Source of the DNA: an uncultured bacterium
GTDB lineage: Bacteria; GCA-001730085
Direction of reading: 5' to 3'
Assembly: GCA_964565945.1 (NCBI GenBank)
Contig: CAZMGY010000019.1
Span: 101,460 to 133,459, forward strand
Length of the DNA stretch: 32,000 nucleotides
Positions within the stretch are counted from its first letter, which is position 1; every line of letters begins with the position of its first letter. The translations under genes and the position numbers were made by a program. The notes under the pieces are model-generated. The model worked only from the letters and a program-made list of their open reading frames with translations, searched no databases and was not told the origin of the DNA. Below are positions 25,508 through 32,000 of the stretch, in pieces.

Positions 25508-26932
25508 ATGTCACAGGTCAAATTTGGTACAGATGGGTGGAGGGGCATTATTTCGGAAACATTCACAATGGAGAATGTTGAGTATGTGAGTCAGGCGATT
25601 GCCGATGTGATTGCGGCTCGCAAGAATAACCCTTCTAAGACAATTGTGATTGGTTATGATACACGTTTTATGTCGGATGATTATGCTAAGCGGATTGCCG
25701 AAATTTTAGCGGCCAATGACTTTAAGGTTGTTTTGTCAAATAAAGTTGCTCCAACGCCTATTGTTTCTTATTTGGTTAAGCATCATCAGGCTGCAGGTGG
25801 AATTGTTGTAACGGCAAGTCATAATCCGTATCGTTTCAATGGGATAAAGTTTAAGGATTATTATGGAGGTCCTGCTTCACCTGAATTAACCACTGATTTC
25901 GAAGATGCCTTGGAACAATCTCCAGTGAAAAAAGTTGTACTAGATCAAGCCATCGAGCAAGGGAAGGTGGTTATTGAAGATTTCGATGATGTTTATGGGG
26001 CTTTTTTAGAGTCCTATTTGGACTTTGATAAAATTCGTCAAGGTCAATGGTCGGTTGCTGTCGATGCTATGTATGGTGCGGGGCAAACTTATTTTGAAAA
26101 ATTATTGGGGCGTAGCTACCAAGGTAAGGTAACTACGATTCATAGTGACGAAAACCCCTCTTTTGGAGGTGTCAATCCCGAGCCAATCGCTGCTAACTTG
26201 AGCGAGTTGATTCAGATGTGTCAGGGAGATTTTGATTTAGGTTTAGCTACAGATGGTGATGGCGATCGTATTGGTATCGTTGATGATACTGGGCGTTTTG
26301 TTTTTTCTCATCAACTGATTGCACTTTTTATTCTTTACCTTATGGAATCAAGATCTTGGACAGGCGCTGTGGTTAAATCAATTTCGACAACGGCTTTGGT
26401 TAATGTGATTGTCGAGGATAAAGGTCTTGATCTATTCGAAACTCCAGTTGGTTTTAAACATATTTGTAGGCTTATGCGTGACAAGGATGTGCTTGTTGGT
26501 GGCGAAGAAAGTGGGGGAATTGGGTTTAAAAACCATGTTCCCGAGCGTGATGGTTTGTTGGCGGGTTTACTTGTGCTTGAAATGATGTGTCACTATCAAA
26601 AACCTTTAAGTCAGATTATTGCCTCGATGGAAGAAACCTATGGTCGATACTATTACGAAAGAAATGATATTCGTTATGATATGTCTCTAATGGATCAAAT
26701 TTTGGGTGGTTTGAAAGATTTAACTCAAGAGAAGATTGATGGTCTTAAAGTTGTGTCTGTGTTAACAGAAGATGGGATCAAACAGGTATTGGAAGATGGA
26801 TCTTGGTTGCTTATGCGTGGATCTGGAACCGAACCAGTGTTAAGAGTGTATGCGGAGTCTAAAGATCAAGGGCGTGTGAATAGGCTTTTGAGTCTTGGAA
26901 AAGAACTTGCTTTGGGGGAGAACCAGAGCTAA
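25508..26932 (+). CDS. Alpha-D-phosphohexomutase family enzyme (phosphomannomutase/phosphoglucomutase-type)
   Basis: FGTDGWRG, active-site serine loop TASHNPYRFNGIKF, metal loop ATDGDGDRIG, sugar loop GGEESGG, and RGSGTEP. Strong SD AAGGAG. Confidence 0.88.
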   Translation: MSQVKFGTDGWRGIISETFTMENVEYVSQAIADVIAARKNNPSKTIVIGYDTRFMSDDYAKRIAEILAANDFKVVLSNKVAPTPIVSYLVKHHQAAGGIVVTASHNPYRFNGIKFKDYYGGPASPELTTDFEDALEQSPVKKVVLDQAIEQGKVVIEDFDDVYGAFLESYLDFDKIRQGQWSVAVDAMYGAGQTYFEKLLGRSYQGKVTTIHSDENPSFGGVNPEPIAANLSELIQMCQGDFDLGLATDGDGDRIGIVDDTGRFVFSHQLIALFILYLMESRSWTGAVVKSISTTALVNVIVEDKGLDLFETPVGFKHICRLMRDKDVLVGGEESGGIGFKNHVPERDGLLAGLLVLEMMCHYQKPLSQIIASMEETYGRYYYERNDIRYDMSLMDQILGGLKDLTQEKIDGLKVVSVLTEDGIKQVLEDGSWLLMRGSGTEPVLRVYAESKDQGRVNRLLSLGKELALGENQS

Positions 26933-26993
26933 GAGCTTTCGCATGAATGGGAAAATTTAAATGATTTGAATACTGATAAAAAGGGATGTACGT

Positions 26994-29900
26994 ATGCGGA
27001 TACTTCAGATGGTAAGTTTGTGTTGGGTCGCGATGTTAACGGTGGGTTTTGTCCCCGAGCGACCTATTGACCTCTATAACAAAGCCAAGGATTTGGTAAA
27101 AGAAGCTTCGATCAGTAAGGACTCAGGGAATTTATTGCAGAGTTTGGATCGTTACAATGAAGCTTTGTTTTTATTGGAGAAGGTTCGTCAAGATTATCCT
27201 ACTTGGGATATGATGATTTTGGTGGACATCGAAGCTAAAAAAAGTGAGGACTTGATCAAACAATTGCAGATTCAGGTTGAGCGAAGCAAAGTTTATAGTG
27301 TTCAGAAGGTCAAAAAAGAAACAACAGAAAAAATTCAGCTCTTTGAGCAAAAAATTGTCGAACTTGAACAGCTTGTTCAGAAAGAAAAAGCCAAAAAATA
27401 TGAACAAAAGGTTTTGTCTCGGGATTTTCGTCTTCAGTTAGAGCAAACACAGTCTCATGTAAAAAAATTGTTGAATGAAAAGTTGACCATTGAAGAGAAG
27501 TATCGAGTAGAAAACAAAAATAATGCGAGGATTAAATCGGAATATGATTTTCTTAAGAAAGAGGTCAATAAGCTAAGACGTAATTACAATGAAGTACAAA
27601 CCATTAATGTAGAAAGCTTGCGCAAAATTGCTCACCTAGAATCTATTGAGAAAAGCGTTATGTCTTTACGTCAGGAAAATATTCGCCTTTTGGAACGTTA
27701 TAACGATCTTTTGAAAAAGAAAAACCGCTTGGAAGATAATTTCGAGACTTTAGTGGTTAAAACCAAAAAGCCAGAAGTTAATAACCAGAAGTTATCGGAA
27801 CTTGTGGAAAAGACTCAAATGAATGAGCAAACCATTACTCAGTTGCGTGCTGAGGTTGAATTGCAGAAACGTAGAGTTGGCAAGACTGCGGATTTGGAAA
27901 AAAGATATCAAGAAGCTTTGTTGAACTTGGGTGAGTTGAAGAAAGTTTTGCAAAAAAACCAGCAGGTCTTGAGCCAAAAAGATCAAGAGATCGAGCAGCT
28001 TCAAGAAATTCAAAAGCAAGGTCTTGAAGACAAGGTTAAGGTTTTGATTGAAGGGAAGAAAGCGTTGAACCAAAAGTTGGAAGGCAAACAACGTTTGGAG
28101 TTAATTTTGCGTGAAAAAATCGCGAATTTGGCTAAGTTGTCCAGGCAGAGGCAAGCGACCATAAAGTCTTTGCAAGAACAAGAAACGCAAGGTGTTGATG
28201 CGGCTCAGTTGGAAGGTTTGCAACAAATAATCCGTCAACTTGAGGAAGAGCTTAAATTTAAAGGTCAGACGATTAAACAGCAAGAAATAGAGTCAAAAAA
28301 TCAGTTGAAGTCTCTAGAGGGCTACAAGGTTTCTTTGGAGGAACAGGTGCAATCCTTGGAAACAAAAAGTGCCCAAGTTGTTGAAGACAATAAGCAGTTG
28401 AAAAAGACACTCGAAAAGCTAAAGCAGTCCAAAGAACAGTTTTTTATACAAGTCAGTCGTTCCGAAAAAAAATCGCAAGGGAAGTTTAACGCGGTTGTGG
28501 TCCAAAAGGATAAGCTTAAGGAGTCGTTAGGTCAGCTTAAGCAGGAGAACGCTAAGCTTGAAGAAGACTTACAAAAATCCGCAGCGGCGTTGGATAAAGT
28601 TCAAGTGCAGAGTGATCAAATGACTAGTATAGGGGAACAGAACACTGCTCTTACAAAGGCTGTCGATCGTTTAAAGAAAGAGAAAGAGCAATTGGCGGTT
28701 AAGCTTAATCAAGTTTCATCTCTGGCGGAAGGGGATGCGGGCCAAGTGGTTGAATTGCAGAAAACGCTTGTGGCATCGAACCAAGATTTGAAAACTTATC
28801 AAAAACAATACAAAGAATTAGAACGTAAGATAGCTAACTTAGAAAATCAACAGACAAAGAGCCAGGGCGAATCTAGCCAAGAGTTGAATGAGCTACATCA
28901 GGTGGGTGATCGATTAAGGCAAAGCCTTGCTTCGAAAGACAAAGAGTTGGCCGAGATTAAGAGTCAGTTAGATCAGTTTAAAGCAAATAATGCCATTCTT
29001 AAGTCGGAGTTGACCGCTATTCTTAATCGCGACAAAAGAGAAAATAAAACTGTTTTGGAATTAAAGGCGCAACAAAAAGAAATGCAATTGGCCTTTGTGG
29101 AAAAAAATAAAGAGGTTTTGGCCTTGCGTGAAACACTTAGGGATAGTCGTGGCGAATTTTCTAAGATTCAAGATTATTTGAATCAAAAAAATAATCAGAT
29201 TAAAAGTATTCAAGAGAAATATTTGGCTTACCGTGAAAATTCTGGGGTAAAAATAACTGAGAGTAGTCAGGCTAAAAAGAAGTTGCAGGAAGAGTTCGAG
29301 GTCAATCAAAAGAAGGTATCTAGCTTGCAAAAAGAGTTGGATGAAGTGAGCAAAAAGACAGCGGTTCAGCTAACGGTCAAAGATAAAGAAATTCAGTCTC
29401 TACAGGAAAATCTTAAGGATATGATGCAGCAGCTTAAAAATCAACAAGAAGAGTTTGAGAGTATTTCAAAAAAAAAAAACGAAACCGACGAACTCTATCA
29501 AAACATCACTAAGAAGAATGCGACATTAGTTTTCGAATGGGGTCAATTAAAATCTAATGAGGAGCAATTGCTTGATCATTTGGAAGGTTTTGCTAACTTA
29601 CAAATAGATCATCAAAAGACTTTGAAAATAAATGATAATTTAAAGCAAAACCTTAGTGAGAGGTCTCAGGCGCTCAAATTTCTTGAGCGTAGTTATCAAA
29701 CCCAAAAAGCCTTTTCAAACCAAACTCAGACAGGACTCAAAGCCATCACAAAAAAGTATGCCAACTTAAGAGTGCAGAGGATTGAAGATCAAGAACAAGC
29801 ACAGTTATTAGAATCCGATTATAAGGCTACGGTAGAGACTCAGGCTTCCTTAGAGCAGCGTATTCAAACCTTAGAACAGCAAAAACGGGAGCTAGAGGAA

Positions 29901-32000
29901 CAGCGGATGGTTGCTATTGGTCAGAAAGAATCTTTGCAAACCAATTTGTCGCAACTGAATCAGCAAGTTTCTCAAGCCAACACAAAAGTTCAGGACTTAG
30001 AGCAGAAATATGCGCAGGCTCAGAAAAAGGTGCAGGCTTTGCAGAAAAATCAAGAGCGCGCGAAAGATGGCTTGGCCAAGGTTGAGCAAGCCAAAAATGC
30101 TCTGGAGCAAGAGACTAAAGTGCTGAAAGCCAAGCAAGAAAGCAGCGACGGATATCTGAAAACGGTGCAGAAGGACAAAAACTTTCTAGAGAAAGAATAT
30201 AAAGGTTTGAAAAAGAAAAATCAGGAGCTCGAACGTGATGTGCAAGCCTGGCAGAAGCAAAGCCGAGTTTTCGAAGATGAAGTGGTCAAAATGCAGTTGT
30301 CACATCGCAAGAAGATTGAGCAGTCTGAAAAGTTGTATTCCGAACAAACACAAAAATGGCAACAGCTTCAAAAGGAACAGCGTGATTTGCAAGTTCGTTT
30401 GAAGAATGCGAACAAAGAAAAGAAAGCGATTGAGCAAAGTGTTTCTGTATTGCAAAGTGGTCAGCAATCGCTGATAGATCGCCTTAATAGTTTGAAGATC
30501 GAAAAAAACAAACTCGAAGAGCGGGGGGCTAAAGACAAAGAGGAGATGGTTTTGCTTGACAAACAGCAGAAAGAGGCACGTCTACAAGTCGAGCAGGTTA
30601 GTCAAGACAAAGAGCAATTACAAAGTCTTGTTCAAAAGGTGGAAAAAGATCGAGAAGATCTTAAACAGCGTTTGCAGTCTCTTGAACAATCCAAAGTTAC
30701 TTTAGAAGCTCAAAGTGCGAGTGAGCAAGAAGAATTTAAACGAGCGAATGCAGTCCTTAAAAAAGATTTGCAGCAAAGTCATTATTTGCAAAGCCTTAAT
30801 CAAGAACAGTATCAGGGATTGAAGCAAACGTATGAAGATTTAAGGAGAAGTTATGGGAGTGAACGCCAGAAAATCTTTGAGGTAACGGAAGAGTTTTCCA
30901 AACTGCAAAAGCAAGCCGAGGCCCTTAAAGCTGAGCTAAAGACTTTGCAGGACGAACGCCGTCGCGATCGGGCCAAACTTTCGGAGTGGACAAGTAAAAG
31001 TCGAGACACGCAAGAAAGGTTGGAGCGAGAGCAAAAACTTGGTCGGGACTTGAAAGTTCAGTTCGATGATGTTAAGTATAAGTATGATCTTAATGAGCAG
31101 CGAGTGTATCATTTTAAATCGAATTACCGTCATTTGGAAAAGAATTATCGATCTCTTGAAGAACAAGCTAAAGTGTATCAAGAACAGTTGGAGCACTTGA
31201 ATAAAGATAAAGCTATTCAGCAAGATAATCAGAAACGTCTGGCTGAAAGTTTGGAACAGGTAGAGTTGGACAAAAAAGAATTAAACAACCAGTTAACGCA
31301 AGTGCTTAAGGATAAAGGATCCGTGGAAGGGCAGTTTTTGGCTACTCAGGCGAAGCAAAAATCATTGCAACAATCGCTGGATCAAACGGTTGGACAATTG
31401 AGGCAGGTGAAGGGGCAATTGCAAGATCTTGAACAAGCCAAAGATTCACAGGTTCAAAAAGTGTCCGAATATGCGGGACAGCTGGAAAAGTTTCGTCAAC
31501 GGATAGAAACGAATGAACGTCAACTTAGGGCCAAGGATCAAGAGTATCAACGTTTGCAAGAGTCGTATGAAGAGCATCTGAAAAATCGGAAAGCTATGGA
31601 GCAAACAGCTAAGGGTTTGCAGGAAGAGATGCAAAGCCAAGATGAAAAATTTGTAGCTCAAAGACAGGCATATACAAAGTTGCAACAGTTGCATGAGACT
31701 AAGCTTAAAGAACAGCGTGGTTTAGAGCAGAATTTGGAGTATTTAGAGAAAAAATTACAGTCTCAGCAACGTGAACTTACGGCCAAGGATCAAGAGTATC
31801 AACGTTTGCAAGAGTCGTATGAAGAGCATCTGAAAAATCGGAAAGCTATGGAGCAAACAGCTAAGCGTTTGCAGGAAAAGATGCAAAGCCAAGATGAAAA
31901 ATTTGTAGCTCAAAGACAGGCATATACAAAGTTGCAACAGTTGCATGAGACTAAGCTTAAAGAACAGCGTGGTTTAGAGCAGAATTTGGAGTATTTAGAG
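26994..32000 (+). CDS. 3'-truncated giant coiled-coil protein (more than 1,669 aa) with an N-terminal signal/anchor helix and a TPR-like segment
   Basis: ATG 26994 has AAGGGA 7 nt upstream and in-frame stops at 26958 and 26967. Reading codon by codon, I found no stop through base 32000. The frame was checked at 28080, 29460, 30480 and 31500. The N-terminus is MRILQMVSLCWVAMLTVGFV, then YNKAKDLV...YNEALFLLEKVRQDYP, then a continuous Q/E/K/L-rich heptad-like sequence with almost no proline. It is not in the supplied track because no stop is reached. Confidence 0.85.
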   Translation, partial: MRILQMVSLCWVAMLTVGFVPERPIDLYNKAKDLVKEASISKDSGNLLQSLDRYNEALFLLEKVRQDYPTWDMMILVDIEAKKSEDLIKQLQIQVERSKVYSVQKVKKETTEKIQLFEQKIVELEQLVQKEKAKKYEQKVLSRDFRLQLEQTQSHVKKLLNEKLTIEEKYRVENKNNARIKSEYDFLKKEVNKLRRNYNEVQTINVESLRKIAHLESIEKSVMSLRQENIRLLERYNDLLKKKNRLEDNFETLVVKTKKPEVNNQKLSELVEKTQMNEQTITQLRAEVELQKRRVGKTADLEKRYQEALLNLGELKKVLQKNQQVLSQKDQEIEQLQEIQKQGLEDKVKVLIEGKKALNQKLEGKQRLELILREKIANLAKLSRQRQATIKSLQEQETQGVDAAQLEGLQQIIRQLEEELKFKGQTIKQQEIESKNQLKSLEGYKVSLEEQVQSLETKSAQVVEDNKQLKKTLEKLKQSKEQFFIQVSRSEKKSQGKFNAVVVQKDKLKESLGQLKQENAKLEEDLQKSAAALDKVQVQSDQMTSIGEQNTALTKAVDRLKKEKEQLAVKLNQVSSLAEGDAGQVVELQKTLVASNQDLKTYQKQYKELERKIANLENQQTKSQGESSQELNELHQVGDRLRQSLASKDKELAEIKSQLDQFKANNAILKSELTAILNRDKRENKTVLELKAQQKEMQLAFVEKNKEVLALRETLRDSRGEFSKIQDYLNQKNNQIKSIQEKYLAYRENSGVKITESSQAKKKLQEEFEVNQKKVSSLQKELDEVSKKTAVQLTVKDKEIQSLQENLKDMMQQLKNQQEEFESISKKKNETDELYQNITKKNATLVFEWGQLKSNEEQLLDHLEGFANLQIDHQKTLKINDNLKQNLSERSQALKFLERSYQTQKAFSNQTQTGLKAITKKYANLRVQRIEDQEQAQLLESDYKATVETQASLEQRIQTLEQQKRELEEQRMVAIGQKESLQTNLSQLNQQVSQANTKVQDLEQKYAQAQKKVQALQKNQERAKDGLAKVEQAKNALEQETKVLKAKQESSDGYLKTVQKDKNFLEKEYKGLKKKNQELERDVQAWQKQSRVFEDEVVKMQLSHRKKIEQSEKLYSEQTQKWQQLQKEQRDLQVRLKNANKEKKAIEQSVSVLQSGQQSLIDRLNSLKIEKNKLEERGAKDKEEMVLLDKQQKEARLQVEQVSQDKEQLQSLVQKVEKDREDLKQRLQSLEQSKVTLEAQSASEQEEFKRANAVLKKDLQQSHYLQSLNQEQYQGLKQTYEDLRRSYGSERQKIFEVTEEFSKLQKQAEALKAELKTLQDERRRDRAKLSEWTSKSRDTQERLEREQKLGRDLKVQFDDVKYKYDLNEQRVYHFKSNYRHLEKNYRSLEEQAKVYQEQLEHLNKDKAIQQDNQKRLAESLEQVELDKKELNNQLTQVLKDKGSVEGQFLATQAKQKSLQQSLDQTVGQLRQVKGQLQDLEQAKDSQVQKVSEYAGQLEKFRQRIETNERQLRAKDQEYQRLQESYEEHLKNRKAMEQTAKGLQEEMQSQDEKFVAQRQAYTKLQQLHETKLKEQRGLEQNLEYLEKKLQSQQRELTAKDQEYQRLQESYEEHLKNRKAMEQTAKRLQEKMQSQDEKFVAQRQAYTKLQQLHETKLKEQRGLEQNLEYLE
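29468..29479 (+). repeat. A12 homopolymer inside the giant ORF
   Basis: Twelve consecutive A residues (tcAAAAAAAAAAAAc), encoding S-K-K-K-N in frame. Confidence 0.95.
31529..32000 (+). repeat. Tandem 252-bp (84-codon) in-frame repeat, at least 2 copies, continuing to the window edge
   Basis: Copy 1 (31529-31748) and copy 2 (31781-32000) are 220 nt each and differ at only 2 positions: G31614/C31866 (Gly to Arg) and G31626/A31878 (Glu to Lys). The 32-nt linkers are diverged. The track's two minus-strand ORFs (31446..31694 and 31755..31946) share an identical 55-aa N-terminus for the same reason. Confidence 0.93.

Noticed and set aside
27171-31946. Seven minus-strand ORFs from the track (27171..27407, 27792..28091, 28101..28283, 29061..29330, 30936..31223, 31446..31694, 31755..31946) encoding L/F/Q/I-rich low-complexity peptides.
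   Set aside because: They are antisense shadows of the giant plus-strand coiled-coil ORF, whose GAA/AAG/CAA/CTT-rich codons give few stops on the reverse strand. They have no SD signals, are fragmented, and two of them are identical only because they lie in the tandem repeat.
1-32000. Scanned the window by eye for CRISPR arrays, IS elements or transposases, integrases, tRNA and rRNA genes.
   Set aside because: No regularly spaced short direct repeats, no terminal inverted repeats flanking a transposase-like ORF, no tRNA T-loop/acceptor signatures in the intergenic regions, and no rRNA-like sequence. The only strong repeat is the in-frame 252-bp tandem in the giant ORF.

Overview
This is a moderately AT-rich bacterial chromosomal window with tightly packed genes, many with 4-11 nt start/stop overlaps. 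I found no rRNA, tRNA, CRISPR array, transposase or integrase.

The left ~9 kb looks accessory:
- a 5'-truncated ORF with OTU-like cysteine-protease motifs
- an acyl-CoA delta-9 desaturase
- a membrane-anchored nuclease strikingly similar to eukaryotic DNase I
- a minus-strand cassette of Wzx-like flippase, SAM methyltransferase and GT1 glycosyltransferase
- a decayed M48 metallopeptidase relic
- a 4-TM/DUF1499-like membrane protein
- a nickel superoxide dismutase with a Sec-type leader
- a 600-bp gene-poor stretch containing a G9 tract

The centre (8972-26932) is core metabolism and maintenance. It holds yajQ and alaS, then one co-directional array of hisD-hisC-hisB-hisH-hisA-hisF-hisI, a manC-like gene, ruvX, an M16 peptidase and recO. 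A minus-strand pair follows (a short-loop FtsH-like protease overlapping an unknown lipoprotein), then rpe and a phosphohexomutase.

The most striking object is absent from the supplied ORF track because it has no stop codon in the window. A plus-strand ORF starts at 26994 and stays open for 1,669 codons to the last base. It encodes an N-terminally anchored, almost proline-free Q/E/K/L coiled-coil giant. It ends in at least two near-identical 252-bp (84-aa) tandem repeats and contains an A12 tract. The track's minus-strand ORFs in this region are antisense shadows.

The eukaryote-like proteins (OTU-like, DNase I-like, SCD-type desaturase) plus the giant coiled-coil protein suggest a host-associated or otherwise unusual lifestyle. 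Taxonomy cannot be assigned from this sequence alone. All functional calls rest on motifs I recognised by eye; no database search was run.
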